DNA of 60,709 bases, from the NCBI GenBank assembly GCA_045630945.1, contig JAZQTV010000015.1:1-60709 (forward strand), in the 5' to 3' direction. The translations under genes were made by a program, and so were the position numbers. The stretch is from Clostridia bacterium. Its GTDB lineage: Bacteria; Bacillota; Clostridia; Christensenellales; QALW01. Positions within the stretch are counted from its first letter, which is position 1. Each line of letters opens with the position of its first letter. Positions 30,628 through 40,957 of the stretch are shown in pieces. The notes beneath the pieces are model-generated. The model was not told the origin of the DNA. It searched no databases and worked only from the letters and a program-made list of their open reading frames with translations.

Positions 30628-32625
30628 CTATTTCAAAGTCTTAAGGTACAGTCCGTTAGTGCGTTCAAACCACGGTGCTGAACCGAAATTATTATATATT
30701 TCACTTACCCTTTCAGGCGTTTCAAGATTAAAATACAACAAATTAAAATCTCCGCCCGTATCCCTGTCGCCCGAATAAAGCGGCAACGAATTAAGCATGG
30801 TAGTATATCTTTTTTTGTTGCAAAGAAGGGTAAATTCAACGTTCATTCTGTCCGTCATTTTGCCTATACCCGTGCACCCCTTACAACCTTCCTTTTTTTG
30901 AAGGGGACAGGCACGCATACGCATAAGCGGCAGGTAGCCGTAGGAAAGCACACCCACGGGAATATGGCGCTTAAGTCGGGCAATATTCTTTATACTGCTT
31001 TCAAACGAGGCTATAAGCATTTTTGCGCCAAGCTTTTTTACAACGTACGCGCTTTGGGAATTAAGAATATTAAGTCCCCAGCCTGCAATAAATTCAAGAC
31101 CGCTTTCACGCGCAAGCTGAAGCGCACCTAAATTGTCAACGTACAGCTTTTTTAATCCAAGCACCTGCTTTTCCTTTATCAGTGCCACCGTTTTTGCCTC
31201 GTCAAAGGGGAAGATAAGCGAAGGAAGCTCACCTATAACGTTGTGCTTTTCAAGCATTTCACCGTCGATTTCCTCAAGGGGAATTATAACGTTTGCCTTT
31301 TCAAGATAGCTTAACTGCTCCTTTTTCATTACGCGGATAAGTGATTCCTCGTTAAACGTATTGTCAGTATCCTCTGCTTTTATCGGCATAATTTGGGGTG
31401 TATCTCTTTTTATGCGAGCTTGAGTAAGCTGACCTAACGCATCGCGTCTTAATGAATTAAGGGTGCTTACCGGCACGAATAAGCCATCCTCAAGGGTTAC
31501 CTCAAGGCTTTCTATATAATATTCGGTACCGCCCACCTTGGAAAGCTGCTTTATCACGTCAGCCTTTTCGGTAGGACGGTTCACCGACCTTTCAGGTGCT
31601 TCGCCTGAAACGGTAACGGTATTTTTGCCGTCAAATGCGGTGATTTTTATGCCCTCGGCATTTATTTTTGCCCATATATTTAAGGAAACGCGCTTATTTT
31701 CTTCCATTTTAAAATCGGAAAGCGCTTCGCTTAAATTCATTACGTCCTCTTTTGTGCGCACACCGAACATATCAAGGGTTCTTTTGCCCGTCATATACCC
31801 ATCGGTGAAGCCTGAACGGGAGAACAACTTTTTAAGTCCTTCAATATCAGGCTTTCTGTTTTCAAGCTTATCGCGCACCGCGCGCACTGCGCCGTACACG
31901 TATTCGGGGCGTTTCATTCTGCCCTCTATTTTAAACGACGTAACGCCTGCATCAATAAGCTTGTCCAGATATTCGATATGGCACATATCCTTTAACGAAA
32001 GCGCATACCCACGCCCGTCAACCTTAAAATCAAGGCGGCAGGGTTGCGCGCAAAGACCGCGGTTGCCGCTTCTTTGCCCAAGCACCGACGAAAGATAACA
32101 TCCACCCGAAATGCACATACAAAGGGCGCCGTGAATGAACACCTCGGTTTCAAGTGACGTTTCTGCGGTGATTTTTTTAATTTCATCAAGGGAAAGCTCT
32201 CTCGAAAGCACCACTCTTTTAAAGCCAAGCTCTTCTAAAAGCCTTGCGCCCGAAGCGTTATGCACCGTCATTTGCGTGGATGCGTGCATTACAAGTGACG
32301 GAAAACTTTCCTTTATAATTTTTGCAATTCCAATGTCCTGCACTATTACTGCGTCAACGTTTACAAGCGCAAGCTCCTTAAGGGTGTTATATACAAGAGG
32401 AAGCTCACTGTCACTTGCAAGAGTGTTTACCGCCGCGTGAACACTTACGTTACGTGCGTGGCAATATTCCACCGCGCTTTTTAATTCATCAAAGGTAAAG
32501 TTTTTTGCATTGCGCCTTGCGTTAAAGCTTCCGTAACCAAGATACACCGCATCTGCACCTGCTTTAACCGCCGCTTCAAGCTGTTCAAGCGCACCTGCAG
32601 GCGCAAGAATTTCACAAGCACTCAT
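30628..32625 (-). CDS. Peptidase U32 family protein, long form with C-terminal extension
   Basis: EILAPAGA..., HASTQ, GALCMCISGGC...GNRGLCAQPCR, plus a roughly 330-aa C-terminal extension with CPLQKKEGCKGC. Start placed at the ATG at 32625 (GGGGGAGG RBS) rather than the track start at 32652. Confidence 0.85.
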   Translation of the reverse strand: MSACEILAPAGALEQLEAAVKAGADAVYLGYGSFNARRNAKNFTFDELKSAVEYCHARNVSVHAAVNTLASDSELPLVYNTLKELALVNVDAVIVQDIGIAKIIKESFPSLVMHASTQMTVHNASGARLLEELGFKRVVLSRELSLDEIKKITAETSLETEVFIHGALCMCISGGCYLSSVLGQRSGNRGLCAQPCRLDFKVDGRGYALSLKDMCHIEYLDKLIDAGVTSFKIEGRMKRPEYVYGAVRAVRDKLENRKPDIEGLKKLFSRSGFTDGYMTGKRTLDMFGVRTKEDVMNLSEALSDFKMEENKRVSLNIWAKINAEGIKITAFDGKNTVTVSGEAPERSVNRPTEKADVIKQLSKVGGTEYYIESLEVTLEDGLFVPVSTLNSLRRDALGQLTQARIKRDTPQIMPIKAEDTDNTFNEESLIRVMKKEQLSYLEKANVIIPLEEIDGEMLEKHNVIGELPSLIFPFDEAKTVALIKEKQVLGLKKLYVDNLGALQLARESGLEFIAGWGLNILNSQSAYVVKKLGAKMLIASFESSIKNIARLKRHIPVGVLSYGYLPLMRMRACPLQKKEGCKGCTGIGKMTDRMNVEFTLLCNKKRYTTMLNSLPLYSGDRDTGGDFNLLYFNLETPERVSEIYNNFGSAPWFERTNGLYLKTLK

Positions 32626-32721
32626 ATAGCCTCCCCCCTTCTTTTTATTCATTATTTTTAATTATATCATATGCGCGCAGTTTTGAAAATAAAAAAACAC
32701 CCCACTTTTTCAAAAAAAGTG

Positions 32722-32750
32722 TTGACAAAGCCTCCGTAATAGGTTATTAT
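32722..32750 (+). promoter_or_regulatory. Putative promoter of the amino-acid ABC transporter operon
   Basis: TTGACA (32722-32727), 17 nt, TATTAT (32745-32750). Confidence 0.5.
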
Positions 32751-32807
32751 AAACACACCATCATCGCTTTAGCACGATAAAGTGATAAAAATTGGAGGAG
32801 ATTTATT

Positions 32808-33599
32808 ATGAAAAAGTTCTTAGTTCTTATGCTTGCCATCGTTATGGTATTTGCTTGCTTCGCAGGTTGCGGCAAGCAAGATGCAACAAAGACAGACCTT
32901 GATTACGTAAAGGAAAAGGGCACGCTTGTTGTTGGTATCACAGATTTTGCACCCATGGATTACAAAGATGAAAACGGCAACTGGATCGGCTTTGATGCTG
33001 ATATGGCTAAAGCTTTTGCAAAGGAGCTTGGCGTAGAGGTTAAATTCCAGATCATTGACTGGGATTCAAAGGTTATGGAGCTTGACGGCAAGACCATCGA
33101 CGTTGTTTGGAACGGTATGACACTTACCGATGCTGTTAAGAGCGCAATGGCAACATCAAACGCATACTGCAACAACCAGCAGATCGTTATCGTTAAGAAG
33201 GACGTTGCTGATCAGTATCAGACAGTTGACAGTGTAAAGAACCTTAAGTTTGCTGTTGAAGCAGGTTCAGCAGGTGCTGAGCAGGCAAAAGCTCTTGGCG
33301 CAACAGTTGTTGAAGTTCAGGATCAGGCAACCGCACTTACCGAAGTTAAGTCAGGTACTGCTGATGCCGCTGTTATCGACTCACTTATGGCAGCTGCAAT
33401 GGTTGGCGAAGGCACAGGCTTCAGTGAGCTTACCTATACAGTTGGTCTTAACAACGAAGAATACGGCGTTGGCTTCAGAAAGGGTTCAAACCTTGCAGAA
33501 GAGCTTAACAAGTTCTTTAAGAAGGCATATGCTGACGGTTCAATGAAAACCACAGCAGAAAAGTACGGCATTCAGGTTGCACTTATCGAGCAGAAGTAA
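32808..33599 (+). CDS. Amino-acid ABC transporter substrate-binding lipoprotein (family 3)
   Basis: Lipobox FAGCGK and a polar amino-acid SBP pattern (GFDADMAKAFAKELGV, WNGMT). GGAGGAG RBS. Confidence 0.88.
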   Translation: MKKFLVLMLAIVMVFACFAGCGKQDATKTDLDYVKEKGTLVVGITDFAPMDYKDENGNWIGFDADMAKAFAKELGVEVKFQIIDWDSKVMELDGKTIDVVWNGMTLTDAVKSAMATSNAYCNNQQIVIVKKDVADQYQTVDSVKNLKFAVEAGSAGAEQAKALGATVVEVQDQATALTEVKSGTADAAVIDSLMAAAMVGEGTGFSELTYTVGLNNEEYGVGFRKGSNLAEELNKFFKKAYADGSMKTTAEKYGIQVALIEQK

Positions 33600-33628
33600 T
33601 TTTATTTAAAGCGAAAATATTACCGTTA

Positions 33629-33655
33629 AGCAGAAAGCGCCCGTGCTTTCTGCTT
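33629..33655 (+). other. Intercistronic stem-loop after the SBP gene
   Basis: AAGCAGAAAGC / GCTTTCTGCTT 11-bp stem with no T run. This is the usual position for a stabiliser or partial terminator that raises SBP stoichiometry. Confidence 0.55.
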
Positions 33656-33677
33656 AATGTTGTTTAAAAGGATTTTT

Positions 33678-34358
33678 ATGAGCGAATTCTGGATAGTTAT
33701 ACAAGCGCTTAACGAAGGCTTTTTAGCATCGTTAAGTCTGTTTGCAGTTACACTTATAGGTGCGCTTCCGTTGGGCCTTATTATTTCATTCGGCTCAATG
33801 AGCAAGTTTAAGCCCTTAAGCTACCTTGTTAAAACGATCGTGTGGGTTGTGCGTGGCACACCGCTGATGCTTCAGCTTTTTATTCTTTTTTATGTTCCGG
33901 GACAGATTTTTTCATCAAACCCGTGGACGTACTTTGGCGAAAATTTTCGTTTTGCGGCGGCATCGGTTGCGTTTATTCTTAACTACGCCTGTTATTTTTC
34001 AGAAATTTACAGGGGCGGTATACAGGGCGTGCCGATAGGTCAGCGTGAAGCAGGTCAAGTTCTTGGCCTTACAAAAACGCAGATTTTCTTTAAGGTAACG
34101 CTTTTACAAATGGTAAAGCGCATTATCCCCCCCATGTCAAACGAAATTATTACACTTGTTAAGGACACGTCACTTGCAAGAACCATTTCCTACTGTGAGC
34201 TTATCTGGGCAGGAAACTCCTTCTTAAAGGGCGGTGCAGGCGGTCTTTCAGGTCTTGTATGGCCCCTGTTCTTTACAGGTATTTATTATCTTTTGTTCAA
34301 CGGCTTGCTTACTATTCTTTTCTCACGTCTTGAGAAAAAGCTTAGCTACTTTAACTAA
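33678..34358 (+). CDS. Amino-acid ABC transporter permease
   Basis: Polytopic protein with an EAA-like loop ([20 protein letters not shown]). ATG at 33678 has an AAAGGA RBS; the track start at 33657 abuts the upstream stem-loop. Confidence 0.88.
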   Translation: MSEFWIVIQALNEGFLASLSLFAVTLIGALPLGLIISFGSMSKFKPLSYLVKTIVWVVRGTPLMLQLFILFYVPGQIFSSNPWTYFGENFRFAAASVAFILNYACYFSEIYRGGIQGVPIGQREAGQVLGLTKTQIFFKVTLLQMVKRIIPPMSNEIITLVKDTSLARTISYCELIWAGNSFLKGGAGGLSGLVWPLFFTGIYYLLFNGLLTILFSRLEKKLSYFN

Positions 34359-34372
34359 AGGGAGGGTTTTAT

Positions 34373-35122
34373 ATGGGATTTCTTAACGTAGAAGGCCTTT
34401 CTAAAAGCTTCGGCAAAAACGAAGTGTTAAAGGAAATCAGCTTTTCGCTTAATAGGGGAGAGGTGCTTACCATTATCGGTTCCTCCGGTTCGGGAAAGAC
34501 CACTCTTTTACGTTGCCTTAACTTTCTTGAAATGGCTGAAATGGGCACTATCTCCATTGGCGACCAGCTGGTGTACGACGGTGAAAACAGAAAAAAGCTT
34601 ACTGATAATCAGCTTCGTGAAAACAGGCTTCATTTCGGACTTGTTTTTCAGCAGTTCAACCTTTTCCCCCAATACACCGTGCTTAAAAACGTTACCCTTG
34701 CACCTACGCTTTTAAAAAGAGGTACACACGAGGAAATTAACGAAAAAGCTCGCTCACTTATTAACCGCGTAGGTCTTTCGGAAAAGATTGATGCTTACCC
34801 CTGCACCCTTTCGGGCGGTCAACAGCAGCGTGTTGCAATTGCTCGCGCGCTTGCACTTGAGCCGGACATCCTTTGCTTTGACGAACCCACAAGCGCCCTT
34901 GACCCCGAATTAACAGGCGAGGTTTTGCGTGTTATCCGTTCACTTAAGGGTCACGATTCCACCATGGTGGTGGTTACCCACGAAATGCAGTTTGCCCGCG
35001 AGGTTTCCGACCGCGTTATCTTTATGGCTGACGGCTATATTGTTGAGGAAGGCACACCCGAAGAAATTTTTGATCACCCGAAAACCGAGAGATTACAGGC
35101 ATTTTTATCAAACAGCTTATAA
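34373..35122 (+). CDS. Amino-acid ABC transporter ATP-binding protein (GlnQ-like)
   Basis: [24 protein letters not shown] and [12 protein letters not shown] motifs. Confidence 0.95.
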   Translation: MGFLNVEGLSKSFGKNEVLKEISFSLNRGEVLTIIGSSGSGKTTLLRCLNFLEMAEMGTISIGDQLVYDGENRKKLTDNQLRENRLHFGLVFQQFNLFPQYTVLKNVTLAPTLLKRGTHEEINEKARSLINRVGLSEKIDAYPCTLSGGQQQRVAIARALALEPDILCFDEPTSALDPELTGEVLRVIRSLKGHDSTMVVVTHEMQFAREVSDRVIFMADGYIVEEGTPEEIFDHPKTERLQAFLSNSL

Positions 35123-35142
35123 TTTTAATTCATAATTCTTAT

Positions 35143-35169
35143 GCCGGAGCATTGCGCTTCGGCTTTTTT
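35143..35169 (+). terminator. Rho-independent terminator of the ABC operon
   Basis: GCCGGAGC / GCTTCGGC stem (one G-U pair) followed by TTTTTT. Confidence 0.75.
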
Positions 35170-35202
35170 GCAAAAAAATTTAAAAAATTTCAAAAAAAAG
35201 TA

Positions 35203-35231
35203 TTGACAACCCATTTCGCCTTTGCTATAAT
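35203..35231 (+). promoter_or_regulatory. Promoter of the Fur-family regulator / rubrerythrin operon
   Basis: TTGACA (35203-35208), 17 nt, TGcTATAAT (35223-35231, extended -10). Confidence 0.7.
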
Positions 35232-35241
35232 ATTTTTGTAA

Positions 35242-35262
35242 TTAGAACAATTCTAATTCTAA
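35242..35262 (+). promoter_or_regulatory. Putative Fur/PerR-type operator
   Basis: TTAGAAcaaTTCTAA palindrome (35242-35256) followed directly by a third TTCTAA half-site (35257-35262). It lies between the -10 and the RBS of the Fur-family gene. Confidence 0.5.
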
Positions 35263-35278
35263 AAATCGAGGTGAGGTA

Positions 35279-35641
35279 ATGACACAACAAAGACGGCTTA
35301 TACTTGACGCGGTAAAGGAGGCGTGCTGTCACCCTAACGCGATGGAGATTTACGACCTTGTAAGGCAAAAGCACAGCGTATCGCTGGCAACGGTATACAA
35401 CAGCCTTAACTATCTTGCGGAAAACGGATACGTTCGCAGGGTTGCCATTGCAGGTGAGGCTGACCGTTTTGACCATAACACCACCGAGCATTACCACGCT
35501 ATATGCGACAAATGCGGCAAGATATTTGACGTTGAGGTGCACGGTATTGTTGAGGATCTTCAAAAAGAATATGGAATAAAAGTAACGTCATTTGGCATAA
35601 ATCTTCATTGTATATGTAAAAAATGCCAGCAAAATAATTAA
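35279..35641 (+). CDS. Fur family transcriptional repressor (PerR-like by context)
   Basis: 120 aa with a winged-helix N-terminus (LILDAVKE...ATVYNSLNYL), and metal-site residues HYHAICDKCGK and a CxxC (CKKC). It is followed by rubrerythrin. Confidence 0.85.
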   Translation: MTQQRRLILDAVKEACCHPNAMEIYDLVRQKHSVSLATVYNSLNYLAENGYVRRVAIAGEADRFDHNTTEHYHAICDKCGKIFDVEVHGIVEDLQKEYGIKVTSFGINLHCICKKCQQNN

Positions 35642-35699
35642 AAAACAGGTATAAAACCTGATAAATTTAACAATAATTTTTTTAGGAGGAATAAAAACT

Positions 35700-36236
35700 A
35701 TGTCAACATTGAAGGGAACAAAAACAGAAGCAAATCTTATGGCCGCTTTCGCAGGCGAATCACAGGCACGCAACAAATACACATACTTTGCAAGCGTTGC
35801 AAAGAAGGAAGGCTATGAGCAGATAGCCGCTATCTTCCAGCAGACTGCTGATAACGAAAAGGAACACGCAAAAATGTGGTTCAAGGAATTAGGCGAGCTT
35901 GGCGATACAGCAGCAAACCTTAAGGCTGCCGCAGAAGGCGAGAACTACGAGTGGACAGATATGTACGCAACCTTTGCAAAGGAAGCTGAAGAAGAAGGCT
36001 TTACAGCTATCGCTGCAAAATTCAAGCTTGTTGCTGCAATAGAAAAGGCACACGAAGAAAGATATCTTAAGCTTTTAAATAACGTTGAAATGCAGGAAGT
36101 TTTCGAAAAGGCTGAGGAAACAATGTGGGAATGCCGTAACTGCGGTCACCTTGTAATCGGCAAAAAGGCACCCAAGGTATGCCCCGTATGCGTTCATCCC
36201 CAGAGCTTCTTTGAGGTTAGAAAAGAAAACTACTAA
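35700..36236 (+). CDS. rbr: Rubrerythrin
   Basis: Diiron four-helix region ([16 protein letters not shown] and a later EKAHEERY) plus a C-terminal rubredoxin-like CRNCG...CPVC. Confidence 0.95.
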   Translation: MSTLKGTKTEANLMAAFAGESQARNKYTYFASVAKKEGYEQIAAIFQQTADNEKEHAKMWFKELGELGDTAANLKAAAEGENYEWTDMYATFAKEAEEEGFTAIAAKFKLVAAIEKAHEERYLKLLNNVEMQEVFEKAEETMWECRNCGHLVIGKKAPKVCPVCVHPQSFFEVRKENY

Positions 36237-36251
36237 AACACCTAAAAAAAC

Positions 36252-36286
36252 AGCCCCGACAGAAACACTCTGTCGGGGCTTTTTCT
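36252..36286. terminator. Bidirectional terminator
   Basis: AGCCCCGACAG / CTGTCGGGGCT stem with an A run before and a T run after. Confidence 0.85.
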
Positions 36287-36300
36287 ATTTACAAGATTTC

Positions 36301-36891
36301 TTATTTCAAGAAAACTCCTTTTACAAAAATGAAAACACCTATCAAAATAAGTATCACACCGCCAAGGATAGAAGCCTTATTTTCAAGCTTTGTACCAAAG
36401 TGCTTACCGATGTGTATGCCAATATAGCACACAACGTAGGTAACCAAAGCAATAATGCCTGCATTAACAAGTGCCTGCAACAGATTGTACGAGGAAATTG
36501 TAACGCCAACGGAAAGTGCATCAATGCTTGTTGCTATTCCCTGAACGATAAGCATACCGAAGCATATGGCACAGGGTCCCTTTTCTTCGCCGCATTCCTT
36601 TTCACTTAAGCCCTCGAAAAGCATTTTGCCACCGATAAACGCAAGCAGGATAAGCGCTATCCACGGAATGTATTTTTCAAAAACCTTAAAATACTCAAGC
36701 AGGGTATGCACTAAAAACCAGCCGATAAGCGGCATAAGCGCCTGAAAAAACGCAAAAGTGCCTGCAACAAGGTGCATTTTTCTTGCTCTCATTTTACTTT
36801 CGTTAAGTCCGTTTGCAAGGGACACGGAAAACGCATCCATACTAAGACCCAATCCAAGAAAAAATGCAGTAACAAAAAATAAAATATCCAT
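36301..36891 (-). CDS. mntP: Manganese efflux pump MntP
   Basis: GLGLSMDAFSVSLANG and a second SIDALSVG repeat (DUF204 duplication), six TM helices. Confidence 0.85.
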   Translation of the reverse strand: MDILFFVTAFFLGLGLSMDAFSVSLANGLNESKMRARKMHLVAGTFAFFQALMPLIGWFLVHTLLEYFKVFEKYIPWIALILLAFIGGKMLFEGLSEKECGEEKGPCAICFGMLIVQGIATSIDALSVGVTISSYNLLQALVNAGIIALVTYVVCYIGIHIGKHFGTKLENKASILGGVILILIGVFIFVKGVFLK

Positions 36892-36900
36892 AAAAACCTC

Positions 36901-38355
36901 TTAAAGTAATCTGTTGCCGGGGCGCGAGGAGCTTCTCTTTCTGCGGCGGTCTAACCCGCCCTTCTGGCGCGCGCGAATCTTATATGCCTGTCTTCTTTTA
37001 AAGTACAGGAACGAAAGCGCAAGCACAACAAGCGCAATTATAACGATAACGGGTATTAAAAACCACTTGCTTGTAAGGAAGCCAAACGAAATACGCACCT
37101 TACCCTTAATGCCAAGGGAAACAAGATCCATAGGACTTTGTATTTCCGCATCAACGGCACGGGAGGCAAGCGCGGTGCAGGAATAGAGCACCTTATTATC
37201 GTACACATATTCAACTATGCCTACGTTCTGCCCTGCTTTAACAGGTGCGTTAAGCACGGGATATCTTATGGAAACCGTATTTTCATCAAAGGTACGTATT
37301 TTTGTACCCTCAGTCTTGGTAACGGTTATGTATTCAGCCTTTTCGGGATGCTGAAGGTATATTTCAAGCTGACCGTTGGATTCATCAGAGGCTTCTGCAT
37401 TATTAAGATCAACAATGATTTTCTTTGATGCAAAAAGCTCATTAAGATTTATTGTATCAAAGCTGTTAAGTCCGTACTTTATAAGCGTTTTCATATCCGA
37501 ATCACGCTCATTATGCTCTGAATTGCAAACCACGGCAACCAATCTTCTGCCATCTTTTTCGTAATAACCGGCAAGGCAGTTGCCCGCAAGCTTTGTATAG
37601 CCTGTTTTTATACCCTTAAAGCCATCCATATATACGCTTTTGTTGGGATTAAGCATATCGTTGGTGTTATAAACCGTCTGTTTTACGGGTGCGTTTTCAT
37701 CACCGCCCGAATATAACGTAAGCGTATATTTGTAGCTTGAAAATATTTTGACAAGTTCTTCGTTATTACAAAGCGCCCTTGCAAGAAGCGAAAGATCATA
37801 AGGCGTGGTATAGTGCCCTTCAGCATCAAAGCCGTGGGCATTCTTAAAGGACGAATTTTCCATACCAAGCTGGCCTGCGCGCTCGGTCATTAAAAGCGCA
37901 AAGTTCTTTTCGTTACCCGAAACCACATACGCAAGTGCGCGCGCCGCATCGTTACCCGAGGGCAGCATCATTGCATAAAACAAATCGTAAATGCTTATTT
38001 TGTCGCCTATCTTAAGGTTGGCGTTTGAGGAGCCGTCAGGCACGGTAAGCATTTCCTTGGTAAGCGTTATAAGCTGATCCTGCTTACCTAACGTATTTTC
38101 GTACGCAACAAGAAGGGTCATCATCTTGGTCATACTTGCAGGGCGGATAGTGTTGTTCATATACCGCTTATAAAGAATGGTATCGGTATTAAGATCAACA
38201 AGAATTGCGCCCTTACAGGTAATGTCAAGGGACTGACCTGTCGCCATATCACTATATGCAAAAACAGAAACCGAAAGAATAAGCAACACAAGAAGCATTG
38301 CAAATATCTTCTTAAAAATTTTATTAAGCATATCTTCACTCCAAAATTTACTCAT
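36901..38355 (-). CDS. D-alanyl-D-alanine carboxypeptidase (PBP5-type) with C-terminal TM anchor and basic tail
   Basis: SMTK (SxxK), SGND (SxN) and KTGYT (KTG) motifs. C-terminal TM helix followed by RRQAYKIRARQKGGLDRRRKRSS. Confidence 0.88.
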   Translation of the reverse strand: MSKFWSEDMLNKIFKKIFAMLLVLLILSVSVFAYSDMATGQSLDITCKGAILVDLNTDTILYKRYMNNTIRPASMTKMMTLLVAYENTLGKQDQLITLTKEMLTVPDGSSNANLKIGDKISIYDLFYAMMLPSGNDAARALAYVVSGNEKNFALLMTERAGQLGMENSSFKNAHGFDAEGHYTTPYDLSLLARALCNNEELVKIFSSYKYTLTLYSGGDENAPVKQTVYNTNDMLNPNKSVYMDGFKGIKTGYTKLAGNCLAGYYEKDGRRLVAVVCNSEHNERDSDMKTLIKYGLNSFDTINLNELFASKKIIVDLNNAEASDESNGQLEIYLQHPEKAEYITVTKTEGTKIRTFDENTVSIRYPVLNAPVKAGQNVGIVEYVYDNKVLYSCTALASRAVDAEIQSPMDLVSLGIKGKVRISFGFLTSKWFLIPVIVIIALVVLALSFLYFKRRQAYKIRARQKGGLDRRRKRSSSRPGNRLL

Positions 38356-38396
38356 TCTAAAGTATAAGATAAATATCGGTTTTTGTAAACTTCTTT

Positions 38397-39929
38397 TTAC
38401 ATCAGCGGTGCCGCAGATTTAAGTATTTTGCCCCATATTTTTGAAAATACCCCTCTTTTTTTCATATCCGCAGCCGAAAGCATACGGCATTCATCAAGCG
38501 TTTTATCAAAATCGGCACAAATATCCTTAATGCAATTAACCTTATATAGCAGGCATCCGCACTCAAAATGAAGATACAGGCTTCTGTAATCAAAATTCAC
38601 CGTACCCACCGTGGCAACGGTTCCGTCAGATAAAAGCACCTTGGCGTGCACAAAACCCTTGACGTAAATAAATATCTTTACACCTGCACCCATAAGCGCC
38701 TGAAAATGCTCAATCGCCAGAGTGTACGCATACTTGTGGTCAGGTCTTCCCGGAAGAATAATTCTTACGTCAACGCCCCTTTTTGCCGCATAGCACAGTG
38801 CGTTTTCCGTTTCCGCATCAAGAATAAGATACGGCGTCATTATATACACGTATTTTTCGGCACGGTTAATAAGATGCAGATACACCTGCCGCGCAAGGCT
38901 TTCATCGTCAAGGGGGTTATCGCCGTAGGGTATTACCGTACCCTGCGCACTAACAGGGGTGTATTCATTCAAGAAGGAATAATCCCTGTTTTTTTCGTTG
39001 TAATTCCACATTTCAAGAAACATTCTTAAAAATCCCTTTACCGCCTCTCCCGTTATTTTTACCGCAGTATCCTTCCAATGCCCCAAGGGATTAGTGACGT
39101 TTGCGTATTCATCGGCAAGATTTATACCGCCCGTGTATGCACTTTTTCCGTCGATTACCGCTATTTTGCGGTGGTCGCGGTTGTTATATCTTGTTGAAAC
39201 GAACGGTCTTAACGGTGCGTACATCTTGCATTTTATGTTAAGGCGTTCAAGCTTTTTAGTGTAGCCGTAGGGAAGATTTACTACCGCGTTGGTACCGTCG
39301 TAAAGCACCCTTATATCCACACCCCGCCTTGCCTTTTCAGTTAAAATATCAAGTATCCGTTGCCATACCGCACCGTCTTTTATTATAAAATATTCTAAAA
39401 AAATAAATTTTTCAGCTTGCTCAAGGGATAAAACAAGGCTTTCCAAAAAGCTTTCGCCCACAGGAAAATATTCAGCATCCGAATCAGCGTACGCAGGGAA
39501 TGCACCCACGTTATCAAGATAGCGTTCAAGCCCGCCAAGCTCATCAATATTTAAGGAAGCATCTTTATATTTTTTACTTTCCTCAATGCTTTTTGCAATT
39601 GCCTTTTGTTCCATACGGTGTCCTATATCAAGCTGCGTGAACGTGTACATCAGCGCACCGAACACAGGCAAAACGCCAATAAAAAAGCACCACGAAAGCT
39701 TTATTGAAGGATCCGCCTTTCCGTTTATTACCACAAGCATCATAACAAATGTGAACGCAGTTACGCTTCCGAAAAGGTACGGCACGTATTTTTTTGCCGA
39801 AAGCATTATCATTGACAAAATAAAAAACTGCACTGCAAGCAAGAAAATAATTATCATGGTTCTTCCAAGAAAAACACTTAATATGCCTCTTTTGCCGTTT
39901 TTGCACATTTTTTTAGCCTTTTCCTTCAT
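38397..39929 (-). CDS. cls: Cardiolipin synthase
   Basis: Two PLD HKD motifs (NRDHRKIAVIDG and FVHAKVLLSDG) with N-terminal TM helices. ATG at 39929 has a GAGGTG RBS; the track start at 40022 is a non-coding extension. Confidence 0.9.
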   Translation of the reverse strand: MKEKAKKMCKNGKRGILSVFLGRTMIIIFLLAVQFFILSMIMLSAKKYVPYLFGSVTAFTFVMMLVVINGKADPSIKLSWCFFIGVLPVFGALMYTFTQLDIGHRMEQKAIAKSIEESKKYKDASLNIDELGGLERYLDNVGAFPAYADSDAEYFPVGESFLESLVLSLEQAEKFIFLEYFIIKDGAVWQRILDILTEKARRGVDIRVLYDGTNAVVNLPYGYTKKLERLNIKCKMYAPLRPFVSTRYNNRDHRKIAVIDGKSAYTGGINLADEYANVTNPLGHWKDTAVKITGEAVKGFLRMFLEMWNYNEKNRDYSFLNEYTPVSAQGTVIPYGDNPLDDESLARQVYLHLINRAEKYVYIMTPYLILDAETENALCYAAKRGVDVRIILPGRPDHKYAYTLAIEHFQALMGAGVKIFIYVKGFVHAKVLLSDGTVATVGTVNFDYRSLYLHFECGCLLYKVNCIKDICADFDKTLDECRMLSAADMKKRGVFSKIWGKILKSAAPLM

Positions 39930-40078
39930 TTTTAACACCTCGTCGAATATTGTAGCAAACCTTTGTGTGCTTTTTTTAACGGCAAAATGAAAAACAAATG
40001 AAGTGATAAATATATTTTGCATTTTTTATATAAAAGTAGTATAATAAACTAAAATACAATAATGGAGTAGTGTTTTTT

Positions 40079-40957
40079 ATGGATTCTGTTGTTGTTTACG
40101 CACCGGGAAAGATCAACTGGACGCTTGATATTCTTTCGCTGGACGAAAACAATTATCACATTCTTGATATGCTTATGCACCGTATCACCCTTTGCGACAA
40201 GGTTACGGTAAAAAAGACTAAAGAGGGAATAACCCTTTCTTCAAACAACCGCCGTATGCCTACCGATTCAAAAAACACCGCCTATAAAAGCGCGGAACTG
40301 TTCTTTGAAGAAACGGGTATTAACGGTGGCTGTGAAATCTTTATTAAAAAAAGCATCCCCTCGGGCGCAGGTCTTGCAGGGGGCAGTGCTGATGCGGCGG
40401 CAGTTTTTAAGGGACTTAATACCCTTTACGGCAACCCCCTTGATTACGATAAGCTTAACGCGCTTGCATTAAAGGTGGGGGCAGACGTGCCTTTTATGCT
40501 TCGTTCGGGTCTGTACCGTGCAGGCGGAATAGGTGAGAAGCTTAAAAAAATACATTCCGCACCTGTAATACCCATTCTTCTTGTTATGAACACCCAACAA
40601 AGCGCACCCACAAAGCGTGTTTACGGTATTTATGACGAGATAGGCTCTTCGCAAAAGCCCGACACCGATAATTTTCTTAAGGCGCTTTTGCGTAAGGATA
40701 CCGAAAAAATGAAACTTTACGGTGGCAACGTGCTTACCGATAGCGCGGTATCCATTGCGCCTGATATAAAAATTCTTATTGAACGGCTTTATTTAGCAGG
40801 CGCTTCATTTGCAACCATGACGGGTAGCGGAAGCGCGGTATTCGGCGTATTCGATTCCGTTGAAGAAGCCTACGAAAAACGGCAATTGTTTTCTGACGTA
40901 TGGTCGTGCGTATGCACAAGCTCATCATACGGCACAAGAATAAAGGAGTATTTATAA
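40079..40957 (+). CDS. ispE: 4-diphosphocytidyl-2-C-methyl-D-erythritol kinase
   Basis: APGKINWTLDI and the GHMP kinase motif IPSGAGLAGGSADAAA. Confidence 0.92.
   Translation: MDSVVVYAPGKINWTLDILSLDENNYHILDMLMHRITLCDKVTVKKTKEGITLSSNNRRMPTDSKNTAYKSAELFFEETGINGGCEIFIKKSIPSGAGLAGGSADAAAVFKGLNTLYGNPLDYDKLNALALKVGADVPFMLRSGLYRAGGIGEKLKKIHSAPVIPILLVMNTQQSAPTKRVYGIYDEIGSSQKPDTDNFLKALLRKDTEKMKLYGGNVLTDSAVSIAPDIKILIERLYLAGASFATMTGSGSAVFGVFDSVEEAYEKRQLFSDVWSCVCTSSSYGTRIKEYL

Noticed and set aside
36892-36900. Possible yybP-ykoY manganese riboswitch upstream of mntP
   Set aside because: Only 9 nt separate mntP from the upstream carboxypeptidase gene, so there is no room for a riboswitch.
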